From the IMG/VR virus record IMGVR_UViG_3300047509_000156, positions 32,001 through 96,000 of that record: a stretch of 64,000 nucleotides of DNA. One strand, written 5' to 3'. Below the pieces are notes generated by a model, which made no database searches, had not been told where the DNA came from, and saw only the letters and a list, made by a program, of their open reading frames with translations. Below are positions 45,723 through 55,433 of this stretch, in pieces; the stretch's first letter is position 1; every line of letters starts with the position of its first letter. Both the position numbers and the translations under genes were made by a program. Source of the DNA: a virus.

Positions 45723-47303
45723 GTGCGATCGTACCTGCTGATCACTCTGATCCTCCTCTTCGCCTCCTTTCTCCCTGCCGTCGATGCGGTGCCACAGCCA
45801 AGTCTACAACTGGCTGTGGCACTTGCTAAACTGGACGCCTCGCGCCTTCCTGAGAAGGTCCGCCTCACCTGCCGCTACTACTACACGGAGAAACAGGGTA
45901 AGGACCTCGAAGAGATCCGCGTCGCGGCACGCTACCACTTCAACCTGCACAGCCACGTCAAGGAACCTGTCGATGTAGTCGAGATCACCCCCTGGTTGTG
46001 GCGCTTCGACTGGGCTGATGCACGCAGAAGGGGCGATCTTCAGATTCTGGCAACCCTGGAGACGGCGGCGACGCTCGATCACTTCTTCCACGAACACACA
46101 CCCACGAAGGTTGATGTGGTCGTTAATACCCTCTGGCCTGGAGGGGTCTTTGCCGGCGACGGAAAGTTCTACGAACGCGGAGAATCGCCTGTCAGGGTCC
46201 GCGCTGGCGGCATCGTCCATACGAGCGCTGCCTGGCCCCCTCTGAGTGATATCAAGGAACTGCGAGAGTTGCTCCAAAGCGAGGTGCCGATACTTCACTT
46301 CGGCTGGTTCATGGCGCAGACTTCCCGCCAGCGTCCCTACGGCCGCGCCAAACAGAACGGTCTAGGTTACTACAACCTCCACGGATTAAAATCCAGGGAC
46401 GATTATTTTAAGTTGATCAAACTGAATATAAAGGACTCCGAGGATATCGACGAGCATATCCGTGCTGCTCTGGAGAAGTCGGGCATCAACCCCAACGATG
46501 GGGCACGACAGATCGCTCGCTTCCAGGCGCTGACGGGCGGATCGTGGGGCACCTTCGACACGGACGACACGAGCAATGGCAACAACGCCCTGGACAAGCC
46601 AGTCGTCGGCACTTTCAAGCACAACGCTGAGGAATGGTTTTCCCACCTGCCCAACAAGACACCCGTCACTCTGGCCTGTAACGACAAGGGGGTGTTGCAG
46701 GAGTTCGCACCAACGGACAGTCACGGTTTCAACGACAGTTCGACTCTCAACGCCAGCCAGGACCCCCGCGTCCACGTCAACCTGGCCTGCCTCCGCTGTC
46801 ACTCGGCAGATATTTTGCAACCTATTCGCGATAGTTTTCGTGAGTCCTTCAAAGCGGGCGATTGGTTAGGATTAAGCGCCTACAAGGATAGCGTGCGACG
46901 AGAACTAACTAGGCAATACCTCGGGAAAATCAACCCGCAAATAGAAGCAGACAATGCTGTTTATGCCGAGGGCATAAGACAGGCATCGATTACTTCTGCT
47001 TACCCGAAAGGATTGACCGTTACGCGCGCGGCTGCGTTGTACGCGCGAAGTTTTCACAATTACGTCGATACGCCTGTTACTCTTGAGCGTGCCGCAGCCG
47101 AACTGGGTTGCGCTCCGGTTGAGTTCCTTGATTCCTTGCGGTTCGCAGCGTCGCCACCTCCTGGCACTGTCGCTATTATTGACCTGCCTTTGAGCAGGTT
47201 CCTCACGAGAAAGCCGCTGACAATTGGCAGACAGACGTGGGAAGGCCGCTTCGCAGCAGCAAACCAGGCGCTTGCGACTTGGAGGCTGTCGAGGAAGAGG
47301 TAG
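45723..47303 (+). CDS. Secreted protein with one CxxCH heme-binding motif
   Basis: Signal peptide; ACLRCH. Confidence 0.7.
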   Translation: MRSYLLITLILLFASFLPAVDAVPQPSLQLAVALAKLDASRLPEKVRLTCRYYYTEKQGKDLEEIRVAARYHFNLHSHVKEPVDVVEITPWLWRFDWADARRRGDLQILATLETAATLDHFFHEHTPTKVDVVVNTLWPGGVFAGDGKFYERGESPVRVRAGGIVHTSAAWPPLSDIKELRELLQSEVPILHFGWFMAQTSRQRPYGRAKQNGLGYYNLHGLKSRDDYFKLIKLNIKDSEDIDEHIRAALEKSGINPNDGARQIARFQALTGGSWGTFDTDDTSNGNNALDKPVVGTFKHNAEEWFSHLPNKTPVTLACNDKGVLQEFAPTDSHGFNDSSTLNASQDPRVHVNLACLRCHSADILQPIRDSFRESFKAGDWLGLSAYKDSVRRELTRQYLGKINPQIEADNAVYAEGIRQASITSAYPKGLTVTRAAALYARSFHNYVDTPVTLERAAAELGCAPVEFLDSLRFAASPPPGTVAIIDLPLSRFLTRKPLTIGRQTWEGRFAAANQALATWRLSRKR

Positions 47304-47525
47304 AATAGAACCATGGTACTCCTCGGTGGCAGGCGCCTACGCGGCTGCGAACAACGACTACAATCTCGGCTTGTGGGATGCCTGTTACAACACCTGCGGA
47401 GAGGGAGACGCCGCCGACGCCAAGTTCACCGCTTGCTCGAAGGACTTCTCGCTCCAGGTAGGCATCATCATCGACACGCTGGGTTACATCGACGACATCC
47501 TGGCCAACTACTGAAAAGGTGACGC

Positions 47526-48239
47526 ATGGTTCGCTATCTCGCTTTTGCCTCCCTGTCCGTGCTTCTCTGGCCTCTGCCACTGCTGGCTACCTGTCGCGCC
47601 CGCCGCGTCGTGGCGGTCAAGGAAGTGGTCGTCGTGAAGAAGAAGGTCGTTCCGGCAATCGTTTTGACGCCTCTGGCTGCCTACGTCCCAGGCTACCTCG
47701 TCGTCGGCAGCGTCTACACCGGCCCGGCTCCCGGTGTCTACGCACCGACTCCTGCACCTGTTCCTGTACCAACGCCAGCGGCCACGCCGGTACCGCGAAC
47801 GACTACCAGTACGGAAACCAGTACGACAACCACGGTCTTCACCGAGGCACAAAAGGCGTGGCTGAGGAAGGAGATCCGCGCCGCCGTGGGCGATGCTGTC
47901 GGCAAGCCTTCGGTGAGGGAAGTTACTCCTGGTGCCACTGCCACTCCAGCGACACCAAAAGAGGAATCGCGGACGACGGACGCGCCGGCTATATTCGCCA
48001 AGAATTGTGCAAAATGCCATACCGCTGGTCCCAGCCTGAACGCCAAGACGAGTTTCGAGATGTTCTCGGCGGACGGCAAGATGAAGGATCTACCCGACAA
48101 GCAGTGGGCCAAGGTGGGGGCACGAGTCGCACTGGCGGAAATGCCGCCGCCGATCAAGGATGCTGCCGGTAAGGAATCTCCGGCGATGTCAGACGAGGAC
48201 GCCGCCATCGTGGCGAACTACATCAAGAACCGCAAGTAA
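47526..48239 (+). CDS. Secreted monoheme cytochrome c (planctomycete type)
   Basis: Signal peptide, Pro/Thr linker, IFAKNCAKCH, distal EMPP. Confidence 0.85.
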   Translation: MVRYLAFASLSVLLWPLPLLATCRARRVVAVKEVVVVKKKVVPAIVLTPLAAYVPGYLVVGSVYTGPAPGVYAPTPAPVPVPTPAATPVPRTTTSTETSTTTTVFTEAQKAWLRKEIRAAVGDAVGKPSVREVTPGATATPATPKEESRTTDAPAIFAKNCAKCHTAGPSLNAKTSFEMFSADGKMKDLPDKQWAKVGARVALAEMPPPIKDAAGKESPAMSDEDAAIVANYIKNRK

Positions 48240-48292
48240 CGCCAGTTACCGCGTTACAATAGATACTGGGGAATCCAACAGAGGAGAGAATC

Positions 48293-48997
48293 ATGAAGAA
48301 ACTGATCGTACTCGCCATCGTGGCAACCACCTTGGTCTGGACCTACGAAGCCTCAGCACAGCGCGGCGGGCGCGGGGGTGGTCGTGGTGTCGCCGGCCGA
48401 GGCGGGCGTATCGGCGGCGCCGGGCGTGGCGTGGCCCGTGCCGGTCGTGGTATCGCTCGTGGCGGGAGACTGGCCGGTCGAGCCGGGCGTGGCGTGGCCC
48501 GTGCCGGTCGTGGTATCGCTCGTGGCGGGAGACTGGCCGGTCGAGCCGGTCGCGGCGCTGTTCGGAATGGAGGCCGAGCGGCAATTGCTTCGGCCCGTCT
48601 GGCTCGCGCCGGCTTCCGTGGCAATGCTTTTCGCGGCAACTTCCGTGGGGCGAACTTCATCCGTAACCGCTTCGTGGGCAATGCCTCTTTCCGCAACCGT
48701 GCGTTCTTCCTGAATAACTTCAACCGCTTCGGTTACGGCAACGCGGCCTTCCTTGGTCGTATCGGCTACGGTAGCGCCGGATTCGTCTACCCGTCGCTGG
48801 TTGCCGGCTACACGGCACCGCTGGGATTTTCCGCAGCGTCTGGTTACTCCGGATATGCCGCCCCGCCTCTGCCGCCTCTGGCTCCAGCGGTTTCCGAGGC
48901 TGCACCGCCCTGCACGGGATTGCGTGCCGAAGCGGCAGCCACGTCATCGGTGACAACCACGGTAACGACCGTGACCACGACAACCACGAATCAGTGA
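48293..48997 (+). CDS. Secreted Gly/Arg-rich low-complexity protein
   Basis: MKKL...ASAQ signal; RGG/AGRG repeats; FRN repeats. Confidence 0.75.
   Translation: MKKLIVLAIVATTLVWTYEASAQRGGRGGGRGVAGRGGRIGGAGRGVARAGRGIARGGRLAGRAGRGVARAGRGIARGGRLAGRAGRGAVRNGGRAAIASARLARAGFRGNAFRGNFRGANFIRNRFVGNASFRNRAFFLNNFNRFGYGNAAFLGRIGYGSAGFVYPSLVAGYTAPLGFSAASGYSGYAAPPLPPLAPAVSEAAPPCTGLRAEAAATSSVTTTVTTVTTTTTNQ
48419..48549 (+). repeat. Exact 63-bp tandem duplication (21 aa)
   Basis: cgggcgtggc at 48421 and 48484; AGRGVARAGRGIARGGRLAGR x2. Confidence 0.9.
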
Positions 48998-49021
48998 GAG
49001 TAGTACCTTGGCGGGTACTTT

Positions 49022-49061
49022 GGCCACGGAGGTGAAGTCATAGCCATCTCCGTGGCCGTTT
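49022..49061 (+). terminator. Terminator-like hairpin
   Basis: ggccacggaggtg...catctccgtggcc followed by gtttt. Confidence 0.6.
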
Positions 49062-49080
49062 TACTTTAGGAGGGCGAATC

Positions 49081-49269
49081 ATGCCGTTTTGGATGCTCGT
49101 TTTGGTCCTGGTTACGCTCATCGCCCTGTGTTGGGGTGGTGGGTATGGTTTCTATCGTAGCGCCCCCGACCGGCCGTTCGTCGGCGGACTTCTGGGCGTC
49201 CTGGGCCTGATCCTGTTCATCGTCCTAGTGATGGTGTTCATGCAGGGGCAACAGTTGCCTGGAAGGTGA
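49081..49269 (+). CDS. Small two-TM membrane protein
   Basis: Two hydrophobic helices; AGGAGG RBS. Confidence 0.7.
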   Translation: MPFWMLVLVLVTLIALCWGGGYGFYRSAPDRPFVGGLLGVLGLILFIVLVMVFMQGQQLPGR

Positions 49270-49365
49270 CATGGATCTCTACAACGTCTTCTGCCTTGTC
49301 CTGATCACCCTTGTTAGCCTCGATGCCGTGGTACACGACGGGAGAACCTAGCCCCAAAGGACCAA

Positions 49366-49854
49366 ATGGACCACTTAGCCGCCCTCGTCTCGGCAATAAC
49401 TGCCCTGGTCATTGCTGTAACCGGCCTGCTGGCAATGATCATCCGACTGTGGTTTCTCATGAAGAGAGGAGACGCCAAGACCGACAAGCGCGTGGACCTC
49501 ATCTGGTCGCGGGATATATCCCGTGGCGAGATGGCAGTCCAGAAGATCGACACGAGGTCGCTGGAGGCAGCCTTCGCCCCGATTGCCCCGGCACTCAGGC
49601 GGATCAAGTACGACCTACCCGACGCCACTGCGGGAGAACTGGCCGAGGCCATCGAGGACCGGATGGGGGAATGGATTACCCGGCATATATGCGGACCCCT
49701 CCATGTGAAGGACTATATGTGTCTTGCCATCGCTCTCCAGGTGGCCAGCAGCGAGGGGCCAAGCGTCCGCAACCATAACTCACCCTGGCGGCGAGTCAAG
49801 CCGGCGCCCATGACGGATATCGCGACACCGGCCAAAGAAGATACCGCGAAGTAA
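49366..49854 (+). CDS. Membrane-anchored protein
   Basis: N-terminal TM helix. Confidence 0.65.
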   Translation: MDHLAALVSAITALVIAVTGLLAMIIRLWFLMKRGDAKTDKRVDLIWSRDISRGEMAVQKIDTRSLEAAFAPIAPALRRIKYDLPDATAGELAEAIEDRMGEWITRHICGPLHVKDYMCLAIALQVASSEGPSVRNHNSPWRRVKPAPMTDIATPAKEDTAK

Positions 49855-49868
49855 CGTAGAGGTTCGCC

Positions 49869-50567
49869 ATGCCTACGGCTGACAGGAGCGAACAACGGGA
49901 GCATCGGTTCGAGGGGGACATCCGTCCCATCCCCGATCCGACCGTGCTGACCACGCAGCAACTCGCCACTGCGATGACGAGCCTCAAGGAACTGATCGAC
50001 GTGCGGTTCAACCAGGCGCACGATGAGGCGATACTGAGGAACGAGATCCTTGAGACTCGCCTGAAAGCGATGGACATGGCCATCGCTCTCGTTCAGACCG
50101 CAGCCGACCGCATACCGGGCTACGTGGACGAGAAGATAAACTCCCTGCGTTCCGTCCATGAGGAGAGGTTCAACAGCATCCAGGTTCAGTTCAAGGAGCG
50201 AGACGTGCGTACGGAGCAGACCAGCAAGGACAGCAAAGTGGCCGTTGACGCGGCGCTTCAGGCCGCGAAGGAGGCGGTCACAGAGCAAAATCGTTCGGCG
50301 GCGTTGGCGATTTCCAAGAGTGAGGCATCCACTATCAAGCAGATCGACCAGATGGGACTTCAGATCCAGACAGGGAACAAGTCAATGGACGACAAGTTCG
50401 GTGACATCAAAGAACGACTAACCCGAATCGAGGGCAAGGACGTGGGCCATACTGCCACCGTGGCGCAGCAGTCAACAGCGAGCAGTTTCATCCTCGCCAT
50501 CGTGGTAGGCATCGCCGGCATTGTCATTGGCCTAGGGGCAATAGCCGTTTCCGTTCTGAAGCGCTGA
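49869..50567 (+). CDS. Coiled-coil protein with C-terminal TM helix (possible lysis accessory)
   Basis: Heptad-rich; RLTRIEG; hydrophobic tail. Confidence 0.65.
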   Translation: MPTADRSEQREHRFEGDIRPIPDPTVLTTQQLATAMTSLKELIDVRFNQAHDEAILRNEILETRLKAMDMAIALVQTAADRIPGYVDEKINSLRSVHEERFNSIQVQFKERDVRTEQTSKDSKVAVDAALQAAKEAVTEQNRSAALAISKSEASTIKQIDQMGLQIQTGNKSMDDKFGDIKERLTRIEGKDVGHTATVAQQSTASSFILAIVVGIAGIVIGLGAIAVSVLKR

Positions 50568-50585
50568 GGAGGACAGAACAAAGCC

Positions 50586-51302
50586 ATGTCCGATGCTTTG
50601 CCAGTCAAGGTCTACATCTACGGGCTGTATGACGACACCGGCATTCGGTACGTCGGACAGGGCGCGGACCCAGACAAACGCCTCCGCGATCACATGCGGA
50701 GCAAAAAGAAGAACCACAAGACGAACTGGATTCAGAAACTGAAATCGGAAGAAAAGGCTCCGAAGGTGTGCATCCTAGAGGAAACCGACGAGGAGAACTT
50801 TGAAGAACGGGAACGGTTCTGGATCGCTTTCGGCCGCGAGAACGGCTGGAAGCTGACGAACGCAACGAACGGTGGTATCGGCACTCGCGGCTACAAGCAC
50901 AGCAAGGAAGCCCGCCAAAAGATGGCGGACGCGAAGATCGGCAACACCTGGAATATCGGGCGCCTTGCCGGCAAGCCGAAGAGTGAAGAACAGAAACGGA
51001 AGATAGCCGCCACTCTGACAGGGAGGACTTTGAGCGACGAACACAAGCGAAAGATAAGTGAAGCCGGGAAAGGTAGAGTGCAGTCCACAGAGACACGAAA
51101 GAAGCTGTCGGATTTCCATCGTGGCAAAGTCGTGTCTGCCGAATCGCGGCGAAGGATGTCTGAAGCAAGGAAAGGCCGTGCGCCTTGGAACAAGGGACAA
51201 AAGTGCAACCCACCATCCGAAAGCACGCGAAAGTTGCTTTCAGAGGCGATGCGCGAGTACCGCCGCCGGAAGAAAGAGGCCGTCGCACTCATGAAGCGTT
51301 GA
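50586..51302 (+). CDS. GIY-YIG homing endonuclease with NUMOD3 repeats
   Basis: YIYGL...RYVGQ, RLRDH, E.FWI, LTN; repeated S.E.(K/R)RK(I/M)S. Confidence 0.9.
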   Translation: MSDALPVKVYIYGLYDDTGIRYVGQGADPDKRLRDHMRSKKKNHKTNWIQKLKSEEKAPKVCILEETDEENFEERERFWIAFGRENGWKLTNATNGGIGTRGYKHSKEARQKMADAKIGNTWNIGRLAGKPKSEEQKRKIAATLTGRTLSDEHKRKISEAGKGRVQSTETRKKLSDFHRGKVVSAESRRRMSEARKGRAPWNKGQKCNPPSESTRKLLSEAMREYRRRKKEAVALMKR

Positions 51303-51482
51303 GGAGATCGAGATGCCCGTAGACAAGGCGGAACTGGAACTGGCGGTAGAAAAGGTAAGAGAGGAACTCTCGCGTCAGATGGCGCAGGAGATCAGTGACA
51401 TTCATCTCAGGATGGACGCCGCTCTTATGTACATGGATGAACGCCTGAAACGCCTCGAAGGCAAAGAAGCGCCGAGGTAGGT

Positions 51483-51734
51483 ATGGACTGGAAAACAATT
51501 TTCGCTTCGTTCTTCGCAGCCCTGATAGCCGCCCTGCCTGGTATCTTGGGTGCCATCAAGAACTGGCAGGACAACAAGGCGCTCAAGAAGGACCTAGAGA
51601 AGAACACCGAGTTGACGAGTACCACGCTGATGCAGGCCGTTGATACCGGCGACAAGGTAGCCGAGATCCACACCGCCACGGGCGCCCGATCATCCCCTCC
51701 ACCTATTCCTGGCGATCCAAGGAGCCATCTATGA
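51483..51734 (+). CDS. Small membrane protein (holin-like)
   Basis: N-terminal TM followed by charged helix. Confidence 0.5.
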   Translation: MDWKTIFASFFAALIAALPGILGAIKNWQDNKALKKDLEKNTELTSTTLMQAVDTGDKVAEIHTATGARSSPPPIPGDPRSHL

Positions 51735-52001
51735 AACTTCCTGTGAAGATCAAGGCTCTAGTAGTCCCCACGGTGGACATTCTGGCCGCAATGGCTCAGA
51801 GTGACAAGTTGACCGAGGAGGTTCGGGCGACTATCGCCGACCTGTACAGTAAGTGGCTGAAGGAGTACCCCGAACTGGCAAGGGGCCACCAGATGGAGGA
51901 AGGGCCTTGAGTCTGCGGGGGGACTGGCTCTTTACCCTTCTCGTCGTCTGCCTCTTCCTGGCTGTCGCACTGATCGCTCTGGCTGAGTACCTGCGGAGAG
52001 G

Positions 52002-52220
52002 TTAGTGGCCCTCCAGTTCCGCCAGCTTGTCGATCGAGGGCGGGTCGCGTACTTCCAGAATCGTGCCTTCTTTATCGGCCAGATGGACAAGAGCAGCGGC
52101 CGGCTCCCATGATGCCTCTGGGTTGTTCGGGCGGAAATGAATGCCGACTATCTGTGCTGGGTTGACGAGCCAGTCTTGTGGCTTGTTGTCTATCCAACTA
52201 TGGGCAAGCAGCCGTATCAT
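52002..52220 (-). CDS. Hypothetical protein
   Basis: LVNPAQIV; GGAGG RBS. Confidence 0.55.
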   Translation of the reverse strand: MIRLLAHSWIDNKPQDWLVNPAQIVGIHFRPNNPEASWEPAAALVHLADKEGTILEVRDPPSIDKLAELEGH

Positions 52221-52223
52221 CTC

Positions 52224-52856
52224 TCATCCTCCCACTTGTGGCGGTTTGATCGGCGGCAAGCCAACGAGTTCTCTGCCCCAGGCGACACAGGCGACCGATA
52301 GCGCCCAGAAGGCAGCTTCCTCGCTGTCATGGCGCGGCTCTTTGTGGGCGCCGCGTTCGTTGAAACGAAGTCCAGGCAGTTTCATGCCGATATAGAGCGG
52401 TAAGATATCGCCAGTCCAGTAATGCCTTTGATTACCGCCGATCAGCCATCGCCAGACTTCTTTGCCTCTGGTTCTCCTGTTCTGAAGCCTCATCGGCTTC
52501 TTATCAGTCAGCCTAACTTCAGTGATCGGCTGCTCAGAGAACAGCGTTTCGGCGTGTTTGAGGAAGTCTTCACAACTCATCTCGACGCCAACCACAAAAC
52601 CTCGATGGACGGTCCCCGAGGCGTTGAGGAACCTTCTCTTCTCCGGCGAGCGCCAAGACTCTGCTATACCGATAGCGCCGTCGAGTGTGCAGTGCAGTTG
52701 CCCGTATGGTTCCAGGACTCTCTCGCGGATGTACGCTGCACGCTCGATCTCGCCGGCCTCGTCGATGGCGTCGGCGTAGACGAGACGAACGTCGTCCCTG
52801 TCTGGTTCTTCGAGGATGGCCCACAGGAGGCTATCGATGGTGGGCTGGGTGATCAT
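52224..52856 (-). CDS. TIGR02996 domain-like protein
   Basis: LLWAILEEPDRDDVRLVYADAIDEAGEIERAAYIR; RGFV; paralogous to 11227..12003. Confidence 0.85.
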   Translation of the reverse strand: MITQPTIDSLLWAILEEPDRDDVRLVYADAIDEAGEIERAAYIRERVLEPYGQLHCTLDGAIGIAESWRSPEKRRFLNASGTVHRGFVVGVEMSCEDFLKHAETLFSEQPITEVRLTDKKPMRLQNRRTRGKEVWRWLIGGNQRHYWTGDILPLYIGMKLPGLRFNERGAHKEPRHDSEEAAFWALSVACVAWGRELVGLPPIKPPQVGG

Positions 52857-53131
52857 GCTTCCTTCTCCAGTTGCGCTACCACATCCAGTACCTGTTCGCG
52901 AGACAATTCCCAGCGGTCCTTGGGCAAGCCGTAGACTACCTTGAACTTGAACTCCTGGTAGAGCGCACAGGCTCGCTCGTCATCGTTGAGGGCGTCGGCC
53001 AGGATCGCTAGGGCCAATTGAGAGGGGCCGCTCCCGGCGTAGCCCCATTCGTAGCCGGTTTGGCTGTGGTTGCGTAGATCGAGACGCGGCAGCAAGGCGT
53101 ATCTGCGGTAAGCGTCCTCCACATCTATCAT
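52853..53131 (-). CDS. DUF6166-like protein (start uncertain)
   Basis: LRNHSQTGYEWGYAGSGPSQLALAIL. Confidence 0.75.
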   Translation of the reverse strand: MIDVEDAYRRYALLPRLDLRNHSQTGYEWGYAGSGPSQLALAILADALNDDERACALYQEFKFKVVYGLPKDRWELSREQVLDVVAQLEKEA

Positions 53132-53138
53132 CACTCCA

Positions 53139-53711
53139 TTACCGACGCGCAGGCCGTGGTAGCGTTCGGCTATGCGTACATCCCACCACGCCAGACTGCC
53201 GGCCACGCTGATGTACTTTCCGTAGCCGGGCGAGAGGAGCATCTTGAAGATCGCATAGATAGCCGAGTAACCGAACAGCGTGATCGGCCGGCAGATTTCG
53301 CCGCGACGATTGGTCGTCAGTCTCTTCCGCGTACCTCTCTGGAGCGTGTGGCTTTCGTAGTCCGGCGTCCATCCAGGCACAGTGCGCCAGGATGGAGCGG
53401 TCAAAGCCAGGGGGGATGGGCGGCCATTCCGTGTAGGAGAGGGTGAACGCCGGTTTGCACTCGGGTTCCTCCAGCACCGCCAACCCCTGGGCATGGACCT
53501 TCTCCAGCCAGTCGCTGGCGATGACCAGATGAAGACGCTCGTGTGGCTCATACCTCTTCTCGCGGAAGTGATTCTGCCTCAACTTGCTGGGTGAGCCGAA
53601 GAATAGCTCGATCTTCCAGTGCGGCGGGAAGAAGTGCAAGCCCTCGATCACCGTGAGGGTGTCGCGGTAGCGCTGGGCGAGGACGGATTGCTTGGCGGCG
53701 CGGGTGCTCAC
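53139..53711 (-). CDS. Hypothetical protein
   Basis: DWLEKVHAQGLAV resembles DWWQTVEKEGLSI in 54445..54930. Confidence 0.5.
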   Translation of the reverse strand: MSTRAAKQSVLAQRYRDTLTVIEGLHFFPPHWKIELFFGSPSKLRQNHFREKRYEPHERLHLVIASDWLEKVHAQGLAVLEEPECKPAFTLSYTEWPPIPPGFDRSILAHCAWMDAGLRKPHAPERYAEETDDQSSRRNLPADHAVRLLGYLCDLQDAPLARLRKVHQRGRQSGVVGCTHSRTLPRPARR

Positions 53712-54172
53712 GACGTTCGCCCTCCGAAGTCCCATTGGGTGAGCCGAGACTTGTTCGTCGGGCTGGCTAGCTCGGGCAGGTTCAGCGCCACAATCGCCTG
53801 CTGGTGTAACTCCTTGAGCGCCAACTCCGCACTCGACATGATACACTGCATCCCGCCCCAGCGCACGAGGCAGCTCGATGCTTTCTTGAAGGTCCCATCC
53901 GCCGAGCGGTGCGGGCCGCGAACGCACCTTGCGTGGAGGATTCGGTAAGCCGCATCGGCGCCGGGGCAGGGGACCGGATCGGCGTAGAGGACAAAGAGGT
54001 CCTCGCGCAGGGGAACTTGCCTGACCCGGGTGCGCAGGTCGGCGCCCTCAACGCCCCGGTCTACCTCATGGACGCCGCCGAAGAAGTGTCCGCGCATACT
54101 CGCCGTGCTTGAGGCGTACCGTGCGAAACGTTGGCCTGTCTCGCACGTCCCATTCGTGCATGTCAGTGATTC

Positions 54173-54448
54173 TCATGGTTCCTCTGGAATTGGATCGTAA
54201 GCGTGTTTGGCATACCCGCTTTCGTGGTAGTACGCTTCCGTATGACGCCACAACGTGAGAAGTTCGTCGGACCAGTGCGCGTTGCCGTGCGACAGCATTT
54301 GTGATACGTGTCTGCAAGCATTCGCCAGGTCTTCAGCGGTGTGCCAAGGACGTTTGTTCGTGCGGATCGCTTCTTCAAGTTCCGCTCGCTTCGTGCGCAG
54401 GAGCGTTTTCAACCGCTCCTCTTCACCCTTCAGGGAATCTTCGCTCAT
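54173..54448 (-). CDS. Hypothetical protein
   Basis: GAGG RBS. Confidence 0.5.
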   Translation of the reverse strand: MSEDSLKGEEERLKTLLRTKRAELEEAIRTNKRPWHTAEDLANACRHVSQMLSHGNAHWSDELLTLWRHTEAYYHESGYAKHAYDPIPEEP

Positions 54449-54930
54449 GATGTCCTCACAATACCCACAAGCAAGGAATAGCCCGCGTTCGTCTGGAGGG
54501 AATTGCACCCTCTGGCCTTGACGTTCGCCAGTACGCATGAGTAGCGAACAACCTTGCTCGTAGGTGTCTCATCGCCGGCCCCGTCGCCGGCCCTTCTTGT
54601 GGTTGATCTTCTTGTACGAATGGCGGGGGCGGGGTGCTGGGCGGTCGATGCGGAGAAACGGCCCTGCGCCGACTGCCAGAATCGGTGGATGATCGAGAGC
54701 CCCTCCTTCTCCACGGTCTGCCACCAGTCCTCGGGGAGGACAGCCTGGACGTGGAGGGTGTGTTCCCCGCACGACAGGATCATGTCGGGAGAGCCCACGC
54801 TCACCTGGACACGCGCTTTCCAACTCGGGCCGCGCAAGGGCGCATCGATACCCACGAGTGCCGGCAGGCAGCTTTCCGCCCAGGTCTGGACCAGGCGGGT
54901 GGCCAGGGTGAGGTCGTGTTGCGAGGGCAT
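54445..54930 (-). CDS. Hypothetical protein
   Basis: ORF in operon. Confidence 0.5.
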   Translation of the reverse strand: MPSQHDLTLATRLVQTWAESCLPALVGIDAPLRGPSWKARVQVSVGSPDMILSCGEHTLHVQAVLPEDWWQTVEKEGLSIIHRFWQSAQGRFSASTAQHPAPAIRTRRSTTRRAGDGAGDETPTSKVVRYSCVLANVKARGCNSLQTNAGYSLLVGIVRTS

Positions 54931-54933
54931 GTG

Positions 54934-55149
54934 TCACTTTCCTGTCGTCTTGCGGCGGTATGCCTCTCTTTTCCAGGCGTTCACCCGGCGACGTCCTCTG
55001 GGCGTCTGCCGCAGTCGGGCGCTGTAGTCATTCATACAAGCCTTGCACCAGCTACGCGCCCTGCCGTTTTGGCGGTAGAAGTCGTCGAGTGGAAGGACTC
55101 GGAGGCAGTGCTTGCACTCCTTGGTCAGCGTCAATGTGTCGTCCCTCAT
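54934..55149 (-). CDS. Zn-ribbon protein
   Basis: KECKHC...DFY....SWCKAC. Confidence 0.65.
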   Translation of the reverse strand: MRDDTLTLTKECKHCLRVLPLDDFYRQNGRARSWCKACMNDYSARLRQTPRGRRRVNAWKREAYRRKTTGK

Positions 55150-55165
55150 TGCTGTTTCTCCTTGG

Positions 55166-55396
55166 TTAGCGTCCGCGAATCTGGTCGCACAACTCGATCA
55201 ATTCCTTCAGGCATGGCGTCTGAGCGGCATCTGAGCGCCGCAGAAAGTCGGCCACGGCACATGCCTTCTCGAAGAGGTCGTCGCGTTGGCTACTGGCGAA
55301 ACTGATCGACACCTCGCGCAACTCCTTAGCCAACTTGTCGGCTCGGCTCGACAGAGAGGCCAGGTAGGTACAGGCGTTGCTGTAGGGGTTCTTCAC
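55166..55396 (-). CDS. Hypothetical protein
   Basis: GGAG RBS plus GTG start. Confidence 0.5.
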   Translation of the reverse strand: MKNPYSNACTYLASLSSRADKLAKELREVSISFASSQRDDLFEKACAVADFLRRSDAAQTPCLKELIELCDQIRGR

Positions 55397-55433
55397 GGGG
55401 TACTCCAGGGGGGGGGGGATGGGTGATGGTTTG

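Noticed and set aside
48419-48549. Tandem repeat as a CRISPR array
   Set aside because: No spacer; it is an in-frame coding duplication
54760-54790. GTGTTCCCCGCAC resembling a type I-E repeat start
   Set aside because: The second half of the repeat is absent and it lies inside a CDS
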